Positions 1 through 13,700 of a stretch of DNA of 64,000 bases are shown here, in pieces. A model generated the notes under the pieces. It was given only the letters and a program-made list of their open reading frames with translations, searched no databases and had not been told where the DNA came from. The stretch spans positions 76,446,001-76,510,000 of the forward strand of contig OX597821.1 in NCBI GenBank assembly GCA_951406725.2, read 5' to 3'. The translations under genes were made by a program, and so were the position numbers. Position 1 is the first letter of the stretch; each line of letters opens with the position of its first letter. This DNA is from Octopus vulgaris. Its lineage: Eukaryota.

Positions 1-826
1 ACACTCACACACAAACACAGCCACACACACACACATATATATACTTACATGTATATTGGTCAATTTCTCTTTAACCTTGCACATTATATTGTTCCACTTT
101 TTCTGTATCCTGCCATTGTTTTAAATTGATTCAAACCTCCCTTCCCTGCCTCGAGTTTTCATTCATTTATCCATTTTTTTTTTTTGTGGGGGGGTTCTCC
201 ACCAAATTATCTTTTTTTTTTTAACCATTATTTTATACATTATAATACTTCTTTAGGTTCTTCTTAAATATGGTATTATACCCTTATCTTCCTTTTTCAG
301 TTTTACTTGTGACAATTTCGGTTGCCTCTGACTTTTTCTATAAAATTTCCCAGCCATTTTATATGAACATGCATGCAGGTATGTGTATCTACTTACAGGT
401 GTACATGTGTGTGTAGATATGTATATATATACATATATGTGTGTGTGTGTGTGTGTGTATATATACATAGGCACAAGAGTGGCTGTGTGGTAAGTAGCTT
501 GCTTAACAACCACATGGTTCCGGGTTCAGTCCCACTGCGTGGCACCTTGGGCAAGTGTCTTCTGCTATAGCCTTGGGCCAACCAAAGCTTACTGAGTGGA
601 TTTGGTAGACGGAAACTGAAAGAAGCCTGTCATATGTGTGTGTATATGTATATAACAGGCGTGGCTGTGTGGTAAGAAGCTTGCTTCCCAACCACATGGT
701 TCTGGGTCCAGTCCCACTGCATGGCACGTTGCACAAATGTCTTATACTATAGCCCTGGGTTCACTAATGCTTTGTGAGTGGATCTGATTAATGGAAAATG
801 AAAGAATCTTGTCTTCTGTGTGTGTA

Positions 827-891
<65 letters not shown>

Positions 892-3849
892 GTATATATC
901 TTTGTGTGTGTGTGTGTCTTTGTGTTTGTTTCCCGCTACTGCTTGACAGCTGGAGTTGGTGTGTTTACATCCCTCTAACTTAGCTGTTCAGCAAAAGTGA
1001 CTGATAGAATAAATACCAGGCTTTAAAAAAAAATTTCCTGGGGCAATTTGTTCAACTAAAAACCCTTCATGTTACGTGTGTGTGTATATATATGCGCACA
1101 CACAAACACAATATGCAGGGAAACATTAGCATGCTGGGCAAAATGCTTTATGGTATTTCGTCTGTCTTTATGGTTTAGAATCCCTGCCCTATAAGATAGA
1201 CAGATTAAAAGGAATCGAAAGACAAATGAAAAGGGAAATAAATGAATATTGCTTTAATATCAGTATTCAGACCATAGCAATAAAGCTTTATACTTTTAGG
1301 GGTCAAAACCTGTCAAAACCAGTGTTCGACCATGGCCAACTCTTATGTTGCTTAAAGCAAAACTAAAAAGCAATTTGAAATTAAAGACTGAAAATTCAGA
1401 AGACCGACGTGTGTTAGTTTCCTCCTTAGGTCTGTGCAAAGATCATTTTCTTTTACCATTTTATCCCATGTCTTCCTAGATGATCATCTTTCACAGGTTC
1501 CATGCCCATTCAGTTATGCAGCTGTCCACATCCATATGATATCACATGAACATACCAGCAAATTACTGTTTTTTTGAAATTTCACAACAAGAGATATTCA
1601 GCAACAGTACTTTGTAGTAAAGATTGTTTACCAACATAACATGGCAGTCTTGATTTAGGACAAATGTTGCTGTAATCTAGCCCCAGGAGACATCGTCTCC
1701 AACTGGTTATATATGCATGTGTATGTGTATGTATATATATATAAATATATATATATATATTTGCATACATACATATATGTACATACACATGCATATATGG
1801 GCACAGAACGTAAACATGAAATATGTAAACCTGGAATATGAACTTTTTTTTTGTGAACAATGAAAGAAACAAATGGAAAACAAGACAAGCAACATAAAGA
1901 AACGACCCTTCATCAAGTGCTTAGGGCCTCAATGGGTCTTCATCTGGACCTGATGTTTATGCTTTTGAGGTGTATGTATTCTGTGCACTTGCTGCATGTT
2001 GTGATGATTGTGTGAGTGTGTGTGTGTGTGTTATACTGTGCTGTGTTATTGACATGTATGTCTGCATTGTCAACATATTTTACTTTGATCGGGTTTGTGT
2101 TTCTCTGTTGTTCAATATATACGTACATACATGTGTGTGAGTGTCTACATGTGTATGTGTTTGTTTCTTAGATGAATGGAGTGAGTGTGAATGAAGTGTG
2201 ATGGCTACAATAATTTTAACTAAAGGAATGGAATGTGTGCATGAATGCATGTGTGTGTGTGCGTGTGTGTGTGTAGGACCTGAAAATATGTTTGGCTGTG
2301 TAAGGGTTATGACAAGTTGACAATTTGTTTTCAGCCAAAGGTGTGGTGCGGGGTGTGGTGGTAAAGGTATCAGAAAAGGGGAAAATACTATAAAAATTGA
2401 ATTGACAGAAATCATCATTGAAGCAGCTGGAATCTGTTATCTGATAAAATCCACTCTACCTCATTGGTGGGGGTAGTGGCGGCGTGGGGAGATGAACTGT
2501 GCCTCCATTGATAAAGGGAAACTAACAAAATAAGACAGTTGTTTATGAAGTTCATGGAGAGATAAAAGATTGTATGCTGTCTCTGATATATCTTCATCAT
2601 CATCATCATCTCTTCACTTTTAGTTGAGGTATTCACATGGATAGCAATGCAGTGAAATAAGGTTTGTTTTTCATTTTTCCAACTGACATTCTGTTTTATT
2701 TCTGTTTCCATACGATTTTTCGTTTGCCTATCTCTTAGTCTATCTATCTATGTTAACTCTATCATCCTCTTTGTTCGACATCCTATCTTTCTAGCACATT
2801 TTCTCATAAAATTCTCTAATTCTCTCCCCAAAATTTTATATATTTCTTCACTACATATTATTTTTTTATATTATTGTCTTGTCCTACATTGTTCTAGATT
2901 CCCATAATTCCCTCTTTCATCTAGTTATTGTATCATTTCCTTTATCTTTCATTCTCCCTGTCTTCTCTACCGATTGTATGAGAAGATAGAAGGGCCAATA
3001 CAGATATGTGACTTTTCTCTTTCATTTTCAACATTTTTCTACCATTTAGATTTAGGTTAAGTTTTACAGTAAAACATAAAAACAATTTTATGGAAGAGCT
3101 AGTGTCAACCGTTAAGTGAAATAGTTCTAAATAACCCTGAAAGTGCTGTGACTTATTCTTCTTCCCCACGACAATGTATCCTCCTAATACCCCGCCCCTC
3201 TAGCTGTGCTCACTCCAGCCATGGTTTGGATGCCCTTCCTAATGCCAACCACTACAGTGTGTACAAAGTGCTTATTTTGTGCCAATGACACCATTGAGGT
3301 CACCATGTTGGTCACACATCAACAATCCCTAGGAAGGCAGAGATATGTCTGTATGTTACATGGGGGTTAAGGTTTGAGGGAAGGGGTTGGGGTAGGGCAG
3401 ATTCTTGTAGAGGTGTTACATGGATACTCACATTCAGGAGAGAGAGAAAGAGAGAGAGTGTGTGTGTGTGGTGTGTGTGCGAGAGTTATCTCCAAGGAGA
3501 TAGACAATGGTGATGAGGTGTCCAGGTGGTACCTCAGGTAGTAAGAACAGCAGTGTGTAGAAAAAGTGCAAGGGTTATGAAGGAAGAGGTTAGGGAAGTA
3601 AGTGAGGTAGATTGGGAACATCTGTAAAGTTTTAGTAAGGGTTGAGAGGGAGGGTGGTGGACAAGTTGGGGTGGCTACAGGTATGCTAGCAGTAGAAATC
3701 TATGAGAGGGGGAACAAAAGAAAGAAGTGTGGAAAAAACGAAGTAAGTGTGAAGGGGCTGAGAGAAAGAAGGAAAGAATAATAGAGGCATACAAAATTTA
3801 GATATATATATATATATATAAACTAAGATAAACATGAGCCATGACTGCT

Positions 3850-4560
3850 GAGGATATGCATAAGCTTGCAAGGAATGAAGCTAGTTCTCTGCTGGATGTG
3901 TAATGTCAGTGTGCATACACGACAGAGTGAAAGCACCCTGAGAGAAAAATTGAACATAAGAAGCATCAGATGTGGTGTGCAAGAGAGACAACTGTGCTGA
4001 TATGGATGAAAATGTGTCACACCCTAGCAGTAAGAAGAGGTAGACCCAGGAAGACCTGGTGTGAGGTGGTGAAACACAACCTTCGGATGTTGGGCCTCAT
4101 GGAGGCAATGACAGGAGACCATGACTTTTGGAGCTATGCTGTACTTGAGAAGACTGGACAAGCTAAGTGAGACAATAACCATGGCCTATGCCAGAGCAGC
4201 ATTGGGCAATAAACTGCACCTGTTGAGTCAAGTGAAGTCATTGTTATGGCCAATGGCAGTACCACCTGATTGGCACCCATGCCAGTGGCACATAAAAACC
4301 ACCATTCAAATGACTAGCTCTCGTGCTGGTGACATGTGAAAAGTGCCATTCAGGCGTGGTCGATGCCAGTAGCGCCTGACTGGCCCTATTGCTGGTGACA
4401 TGTAAAAAGCACCCACTACACTCTTTGAGTGGTTGGCGTTAGGGCGGGCATCCAGCTGTAGAAAACTGGCTGGCTCAGATTGAGGCCTGGCGCAGCCTTC
4501 TGGCTTGCCAGCATGGAAAGCAGACGTTAAACTACAATGATGATAATGATGATGATAATA
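3850..4560 (+). mobile_element. 5'-truncated RTE: ORF C-terminus, 3' UTR and (GAT)n tail
   Basis: RRGRPRKTWCEVVKHNLRMLGL..DHDFWSYAV, then GTGGCAC-AAAAGCACC units and the terminus gcatggaaagcagacgttaaac..tgatgat. Confidence 0.85.
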
Positions 4561-6033
4561 TGAGTACTGTGTGTGGTGCATATGTGTGTGCATACATACA
4601 GTGAAGAAAAATAGAAATAAACCAATTCATCATATATATATATATAAAGAAAGATAGATAGATCACCCTCATTTAATGCCTGTTTTCCATGTTGACATGG
4701 CTTGGTCGATTTATCAGGAGTTGGCCAGCCAGAGAGGTGCATCAGACTCCAATTGTTTGTTTTGGCATAGTTACTACAGCTGGATGCCATTCCTGACACT
4801 AACCACTTTACAGAGGGTACTGGGTACTTTTTACTTGGTGCCAGCTTGGGTGCTTTTTACATGGTACCAGTTCACCTGAGTGTTATAACAATGTTAGTAT
4901 ACTTTTTTTTAACCCATAATTCTTTATAATGCTCCTTAAAGAATGAATAACTGTAGCAATGGATGGGAATGAATGAGCCTGTGCGTACAGAGTGATTGTT
5001 GTTTAATGTGGAATGGAATAAGGTTATTTTTATTACTGAACATTTTCAGACATAACATTTTTAACAAATAAAAATTGCTTTTTTGAATGTTTGCCTTGGA
5101 TTTTAAATTAGCTTTGCAGTTGACCAGACAAAATGCTTAATAGAATTAGCTCTGGCAATCACATAATGGGTTTTTCAATTTTTATTGGCTATTTGCTTAC
5201 CAACCACATGGTTCTGGATTCAGTCCCACTGCATGGCACCTTGGGCAAGTACCTTCTACTATAGCCTCGGGCCGACCAAAGCCTTGTGAGTGGATTTGGT
5301 TGAAGGAAACTGAAAGAAGCCTGTCATGTATGTTTTACATATATATATATGTAAATGAGTTCCTGGGTTACTAATTTGCGACCTAAGAGTAGCAACATCT
5401 CAAATTCTACCTAATATTGAAAATATGGTAAAGAATGTGAATGTGCAAGAATCTCATTGATACAGATAATGTAATTTGTTAGTCCCCATGCCGGTGGCAC
5501 ATAAAAAGCTCCATCTGAACGTAGTCGATACCAGCCCCCTCACCCCAACTGGCTTCTATGCTGGTGGCACGTAAAATGCACCGTCCAATCGTATTTGATG
5601 CCAGTCCCCTCTGGCCCCTGTGCCAGTGGCATGTAAAAGGCAACTAACTACACTCAGAGTGGTTGGTGTTAGGAAGGGCATCCAGCTGTACGTTTAAGTT
5701 TTATTTGGTTCATTACAAATATCGAACATCCTAAGTACATCACCATCTTCATCATCATTTAAATGTCTGTTTTCCATCCTTGCCTGGGTTGGACAGTTTG
5801 ACAGGAAAACCTTAGCAAGTGATGTAAAGTGCACTACTAATACTATAGAACATAGTATTGGCTCATAAAAACGTTTAACAGGAATGGCTGTGTCGTAAGT
5901 AGCTTGCTTCCCAACCACATGATTCCAGGTTCAGTCCCACTGCTTGGCACCTTGAGCAAGTGTCTTCGACTATAGCTTCAGACCGACCAAAACCTTGAGT
6001 GTATTTGGTAGATGGAAACTGAAAAAAACCTGT

Positions 6034-6072
<39 letters not shown>

Positions 6073-7241
6073 ATATATATGTTTTTGTGTCTGTGTTTAC
6101 GTCCCCGTAATTTAGCAGTTTGACAAAAGAGACCGATAGAATAAGTGCTAGGCTTACAAGGAATAAGTCCTGGGGTCGATTTGTTCAACTAAAGGCAGTA
6201 CTCCAGCATGGCCGCAGTTAAATGACTGAAACAAATAAACAACTAAAACACTTTATAGCATATCATGGCTGCTTAACGAAGTACTGCATCCCTACGAGTC
6301 GTTAATTTGACAGGAGTTGCAAAGCGAGTTGAATGAACCAAGCCCTGTTGTTGTCTGTGGTATTGTTTCTAAGCACTTCACAGTGTATACTGGGTTCCTT
6401 TTAAGTGGGACTGGTACAGGTGCCTTCTTACAGGGCACCAGCACTTTATAAAGTACAAGTCTGGTACTTGTTCTATTGGTGTCTTTTGTCGCACCGCTAA
6501 GCTACGCAAACATAAGCTAATCCACACCAGGGTGTCTAGCACTGGAGTGGGGGCAAGCACAGACACAAAGACACACCTATTCATTTGTATACACACAATG
6601 GGCTTCTTTCAGTTTCCATCTACCAAATCCACTCACAAGGCTCTGCTTGGCATGGGACCTTGCCCAAGATGTACACGGTGGGACAGAACCCAGAATCATG
6701 TGGTTGAGAAGCAAACTTCTTACCACTCAGCCATGAACAATATATGATAATCAAAACAATGTTTAATAATTTTTAAAGAATTGGATTGAATTTTTGTTCA
6801 AGAAGACTTTCTTTTTTTTTTTTTTTCAAATACAGCTGTAGCTTTTTTTCCCAAAACTTTACTTTCCAAACCCCCCAAAATATAATCATATGATCCCAAA
6901 ATACTGAAACAAGAACAATTTTAAGTTAAGCCTTAGTTCTGAGAATGGTCAAACACCACCACCACCCTCGACCCCCATCTCCACCCCGCCACCACCACCC
7001 TGCCTTCCACCAAAGAAATGGAATGAAAGGGAAGTGAAAAATCGAAACCGAAATGACCAGGTAGTGTTTCTGTTGATGTAAAAATAAAAGAGATTGACCA
7101 AAATCAAAACTGTGATAAAGTGAAATCATGCTAAATGACTTCCCTGTAACCTGAGGGAGACTTGTGCATATTATATATATATATATATATATGAATACAC
7201 ATGCACTTATATTTGTGCGTGTGTGTGTATGATATATAATG

Positions 7242-7296
<55 letters not shown>

Positions 7297-8079
7297 GTAA
7301 TATTATTTATATAATATAATATAATATTCTATCAACTTAGTGAATTTTAGATATTGTGTTTTTCTTTTTTACTTTTAATATTTTCTGTCTGGTTTTTGTA
7401 GTTGGTTACTATGGTTTATCTCTTTATATTTGGTTTCAGACTTCTAAATGTGACAGACGGAAATAATTCTAAAGTTCCTTTATTTTTCTTCTTTGTGTGT
7501 GTGTGTGTGTGTGTGTAAGCGTGCACATACATATCACTGTTGTTGTTTTTCATCATTTCCATGACTAATTCCCATTTTTAAAAACTCCAATATCTTATAC
7601 ACTCACACACACACATACACACCTATACATACATACATACCCTCATACACACAAATACATACATATGCATGTTTGTATGTGTGTGAGTGTATATAGTCTC
7701 GCCAGAGAAATATTTCATGGAATTTACTCATATTGGTATTGTCGTGCGGTTGAGAAGGAATAAGAAATGACTTGCACACTTCTGTCTGTCATTGTAGAAT
7801 ATTGTGCATTACCATGAAGTTACATTTCTATTTCCCATCTAATTTCACTTTAATTCAAATCTCTTAAAATAGAAATTTAGAAAGAAAGAAAAATAACAAA
7901 GCTGCTTTCCTTTGTTCAGTTTTTCATGTTTTCCACATTTAGTTTCGTTGTTTCTGCGTGCGTGTGTGGCGGGGCTGTAGTCATACACACACACGCACGC
8001 AGATATATGTATGTGCAATCATGTGTGTATGCACATACATACATATATGTACATGTGTGTATGTATGTGCATGTATGTG

Positions 8080-8112
<33 letters not shown>

Positions 8113-9164
8113 CACAGATACCAAGTTCATTTATGTATAAGTATGCATGTAATATACATACATATATATATATAGAGAGAGAGGCACACATGCACACATA
8201 TTTGTATAAGTATGAGCATGTGAATTTATATATATATTATTTATTTTTATACATACATACATATATATATATACACATATAAATATATGTATATATATAT
8301 ACACATACATATATGTATACATTCACATTATATATATGTATATTTGTATATATATATATATATATGTATATGTATATTTGCATATATATATATATACGTG
8401 CATGCATATGTATGTATGTATATGCATAATTCTAATTTTCTTGTAGGCAAGTTGCATTTGTCTCATGTTTCTATTGAATTGTAGAAGACAATTAATGGGA
8501 AAAGAAAAGAAAGAAAAGGAAAACCAACAAAATATATAGTTGCACCATAAATAATGTTTCTGTGACTTTGTTGTTGTTGTTGTTGTTGCTGTTGTTGTTT
8601 CTGCTGTGCATTAACCTACTGTGCTTTGTGCTTGATTTACAAAGTTAATTACTATTTTTGCTTGATTGCTTGATAATTCAATACGGTGTGTGTGCGTGTG
8701 GTGGTGGTGGTGGTGGTGATGGTGGTGGTCGTGGTGGGTTGTCCATGACCATTGGCTTCTTTGCTGTTGGTGGAATCTTGCAAAAGTTCATTATTCTGGG
8801 TGGGTATGGTGAAGTTTTTAGATTAAAAGGATATCTGTGTATGGCATTTGTCCAGTTAATATTGGGAAAACATTTTTTTACATAGATTTAAAAAAAAAAA
8901 AGAGTTTTTACTTGTATTTGTGCTGTTATTGTTTTTGTCTTTTATAAAATATCTAAAAATGAATGCAAAGTAAAAAAAAAAAAAATTTGTAATGGTTTTT
9001 AAAAAAAAATTTTTTTTCATTCTATTTACCTTGTTCCAACTGCACTGTTTACCTTGTTCCAAATGTACTCTGTCTGTAGCAAAGATAGCAATGTAGTTTC
9101 ACGTGATTGCTTACATTTAGGGAAATGAGTAAATAATAATGTTGTTTATAAGTAGTCTTATGGA

Positions 9165-9490
9165 ACTGTGGTCCCTCCCCTTCCGATCGGTTGAAGCCCC
9201 TGGCTGTTAATCAGAAAACAAGGAGGTTTGTGTCATGTTGGAGTGGAATGCTTTGAAACCGAATGTAGGAGACTACACGAAGAGAGGAGGAGATGTTGTC
9301 ATCAACCCCCTGTAGTTGTTGTTCAGGGTCACTTTCACTGCCCTCAGTGCCACAGGACCTGCCTGTCCCCTTTTGGTCTTGTCAATCACGTCTGCTCCCA
9401 TGAGAAACGAAGAGCTAGAGGCAGAGTAAGATGAATGTCTTGGATTTACACCTTCATCACCTTTAACGAGCTGTCATAAGCAAGTAAGCA
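9165..9490 (+). mobile_element. 3' end of a second RTE (BovB-like) family with a C-terminal C2H2 finger
   Basis: GVECFETECRR..HCPQCHRTCLSPFGLVNHVCSH, then a stop, short UTR and taagcaagtaagca tail. Confidence 0.7.
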
Positions 9491-9832
9491 AAAGATAAAT
9501 TAAATATGGAATCCTTATAGTCTTAAAACGTGATTTTGTCTTAGGAATGACATAATGTTTGTAGTGACGGTTGTTTGTTTAGCTACAAGTCATCCAGTGA
9601 TGTAGCCTGGGTTGTGGCCACCCGCTTCCTTAATCACATCATACCTTCAACAACTGCAAACGCACATATATAAAATGGCCACCCTGTTCCCTCTACACAC
9701 CCCATCAATCCCAAGCTATGTTACTGAAGTCAGCACTGGTTAAACAGAATTATCATCAAAAAGCCAAACCATGACCATACTGTCTGATTTTCAAGCATAA
9801 TTTTCCTTCAACACTTTCTAATGAGTCTCTAT

Positions 9833-9867
<35 letters not shown>

Positions 9868-10109
9868 GATTGATAGATACACAGTCCCTATTGATCGTTA
9901 TTTTCTTTTTTGTTTCTTTCTTTCTTTTTCTTTTTTTCCTTCTTCTTTCCCTTTTACGATCCCTTTTGATCGAAAACTTACCCCACCTTTTTTTTTTCCC
10001 AAAAAAGAAAATCTCTACTTTGTAATCTGTCCCGTCTGTGTGCAGCCCTGTGTGGCTAATAAAGAAACATATCTATCTATTTATCTATCTATCTATCTCT
10101 CAAATGATA

Positions 10110-10514
10110 CAGTTCTATATTTAAGAGATGAGGATTTATTTACATTATTGACATTTGACAGATATTTGTCCTCATCTTGTTTGCTTTAACACGTTTCATC
10201 TGATATACCCTCCAGCCTTCATCAGGCGTCTTGGGGAAATTTCGAACTTGGGCTCTCATTCCTAAGGCATATGGCATAGTGGTTAAGAGTGCAGGCTACT
10301 AACCCCAAGATTCCAAGTTTGACTCCAGGCATTGACCTGAAAAATAATAATGATGATGTTAATAATAATAATATCAAAAAATACCTTAGGAATGAGAAAC
10401 CAAGTTTGATATTTCTGCAAGACACCTGATGAAGGCTGGAGAGTATATCAGCCGAAATGTTGTGTTAACAACAAACAAGAAGATGACAAATATCCGTCAA
10501 ATGTAAATAATGTA
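10110..10514 (+). mobile_element. Non-autonomous element: inverted Penelope-like terminus, tRNA-derived head, (AAT)n and hammerhead-bearing terminus
   Basis: Arms at about 10140-10267 and 10384-10514 are inverted repeats; the tRNA-like segment at 10266-10330 (TGGCATAGTGGTTAAG..AGTTTGACTCC) lies between them. Confidence 0.7.
10421..10466 (+). ncRNA. Minimal type-I hammerhead ribozyme motif (Penelope-type)
   Basis: GACAC-CTGATGA-A-GGCTG-gagagtatat-CAGCC-GAAA-TG-T-T-GTGTT: stem I GACAC/GTGTT, core CUGAUGA, 5-bp stem II, GAAA and a UH site. Confidence 0.7.
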
Positions 10515-13500
10515 CTTGCAGATGATGATGTGTAATTTGCAGGAAATTAAGTTACCATGTCTAGCAGATTGAGCAAACACACTGGGATATTTGTCATCTT
10601 CTTGTTTGTTGTTAACACAGATTACAAAGTAGAGATTTTCTTTTTTGGGAACAGCTAAGAAATAAGTTTGCTCTTGGACAGGAATCTAGTCTGCCGCAAT
10701 ATTCCCAAGTGATCTACGACTGACACCTAACAGTTTGGAGGTGATCCCAGACAATATTGAAAAAGTTTTCATTTCAGAAACTACATAGAATAGAGACACT
10801 TGGAATTCGTAGTGCAATACTTTATCTCGTTAACCATTCCACCTTTAACTCTTTCTTTTGTTACCATATTTCTGTTGAGATGCTTTCTGTTTCTTTCCAT
10901 TAATTTTGAGTATAACAAAGAATTTAGTAAAATAACTTAGTTATCATTAAGTTAGTGTTAGGAACATAAATTGTGACTAAAGTTTGGTGGAAGATTTTAA
11001 TTCAAAATTTATGAAAACAAGTCATTTGTACTACAGGGCCAGAGGTGGTTTCAGCCAGGTTTGTATCAAAAGAGTTAATACAGGTTAAATATGGTAACAT
11101 AAATCATCATCATCATCATCGTTTAACGTCCGCTTTCCATGCTAGCATGGGTTGGACGGTTCAACTGGGGTCTGGCAAGCCCGAAGGCTGCACCAGGCCA
11201 GTCAGATCTGGCAGTGTTTCTACAGCTGGATGCCCTTCCTAACGCCAACCACTCCGAGAGTGTAGTGGGTGATTTAATGTGCCACTAAAATGTTACCATA
11301 TTTAACCCTTTTGTTGCCATATTTCTGTTGAGATGTTCTGTGTTTCTTTCAATTAATTTTGAATATAACAAAGAATATAGTGAAATAACTTAGTTATCAT
11401 TAAGCTAGTGTTAGGAACATAAATTGTGACTAAGGTTTGGTGGAAGATTTTAATTCAAAACTTATAGAAACAAGGCATTTGTACTTTAGAGTGAGAGGTG
11501 GTTTCAGTTGGGTTGGTAACGACAGGGTTAAAGAGGAGAGTAATGTAAAATGTAATGATGTTTGGAATGAAACCAGTTTGGTAAATGTCAGTGCATGATG
11601 CTTTTGACCTTTGCATCAGTCTAACTTCTGCCAATTATTAATGATATACATATATATATAAAGGCAGCGTGCTGGCAGAAACGTTAGCATGCCAGGCGAA
11701 ATATTTAGCGGAATTTCGTTTGTCTTTACGTTCTGGGTTCAAATTCCCACAAGGTCGACTTTGCCTTTGATCCTTTCAGGGTCGATAAATTAAGTACCAG
11801 TTACGCACTGGGGTCAATATAAACGACTTAATCTATTTGTTTGTCCCCTCTGTGTGTAGCCCCTTGTGAACAGTAAAGAAATAAGAAACGTTAGCACGCC
11901 AGGTGAAATGCTTAGTGGTATTTCATTTATCTTTACGTTCTAGGTTCAAATTCCGCCAAGGTTGACTTTGCCATTCAGCCTTTCAGGGTCAATAAATTAA
12001 GTACCAGTTACATACTGGCGTCAATCTAATCAACTGGCCACTTCCCCGAATATTTCGGGCCTTGTGCCTAGAGTAGAAAAGAATATATACATATATATAT
12101 CCTTAAATCCCTTAAAAATGTTTTAGCCTGAAGGCCGCGGCCATATATATATATATATATATCATCATCATCATCATCGTTTAACATCCGTTTTCTGTGC
12201 TAGCACGGGTTGGACGGTTCGACCGTGGTCTGGGAAGCCAGGGGCTGCACCAGGCTCCAGTCTGATCTGGCAGTGTTTCTACAGCTGGATGCCCTTCCTA
12301 ACGCCAACCACTCCGCGAGTGAGGACGAATGATCTTGTGGTTCAGGTGTTGCACTCATGATTGTGAGATCGTGGTTTCAATTCCTAGACTGTGTGACGCA
12401 TTGTGTTCTTGAGCAAAACACTCATCTCACATTGCACTGCGATCACTTTGACAACTGACGTGTGGCACACCGTGCTTCTGTTTCAGGACAGGCATTTTGA
12501 TCCCTGTAAACAAATCATTTTCTGTGCCGGTCGTTTAGCAAAAAAGCTGGACACTCGTACACGATCTTTGGGAGGAGAGTCCATCCCTTAACATAAAGCT
12601 GCTCTCCAGATTTTGTGGTCATGTGAGTAGCATGGTAACCTCAATGATGCTGGTGGCACAGAAAAAGCATTCAGTCTAAGATGTAAACTGGTTGGCATAA
12701 GGAAGGTGTCCAGCCCTAGAAACCATACCAAACCAGACACTGGAGCATGATGCAGACCTCAAGCCCTATCAGACTGTCCAGTCCATGCCACTATGTAATA
12801 CAGACATTAAACGATGATGATGATGTCTAACTCTTCTCATCATCATTATCATCATCGTTGTTTAACGTCCACTTTCCATGCTGGTATGGGTTGGACGGTT
12901 TGACTGAGGACTGGTGAGCCAGTATGCTGCACCAGGCTCCAATCTGATCTGGCAGAGTTTCTACAGCTGGTTACCCTTCCTAATGCCAACCACTCTGAGA
13001 GTGTAGTGGGTGCTTTTACATGAATTTGGAAAACCTGATGTATAAATAGATGAAATACAAGGCTAGATATTTATGAGGTAATAAATACCCAGTTTATTAA
13101 ATTTTCTATCCTTCTATATGTTGGATATACAAATTTGATAAAGCAGGGATAGACACAACTGTCTTCACACGATGTACTCCACTAAACATGGTACTCCAGT
13201 GGTTACAAACTCTCAGTGATCTCAACAACTCCCATGACTCGTCTCAACCAAAATGCTACTTTTTATAAGAGTCCAGCGAGTCCATTCATCCAATCTCACA
13301 GGGGTGTCAATGACTCTCGCCACAGCATTACATTACCACCTAAAGCAGGGATCGAAAGTCAAAGTTGGATTTAATAGGATTTGATCTCAGAATGCAGAGG
13401 GTCTTTATTAAACATGTCACCACAAGGTATTTAGTCCCACCTGCTACTAACTTCTAACACTCCAACAACAACAACAGCAACTTTTTGCTTTTCTTGAAAT

Positions 13501-13668
13501 AAATTAAAAGCAAAACCTTTCTGTCTTCAAATGCTATGTCTCCTTCAGTAGAGGTGGCCACTGATGAATAGCCTTTGACCTGGGTGACCCTCTATGTACA
13601 TTTGATGTTTTGACTTGTTTTGAGCATGAAATTGACAAGACTGATATGTGATACAATTTCAATGCCGG

Positions 13669-13700
<32 letters not shown>

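Noticed and set aside
10266-10335. Functional tRNA gene (also other SINE heads)
   Set aside because: No intact acceptor stem or cloverleaf; these are tRNA-derived retroposon heads.
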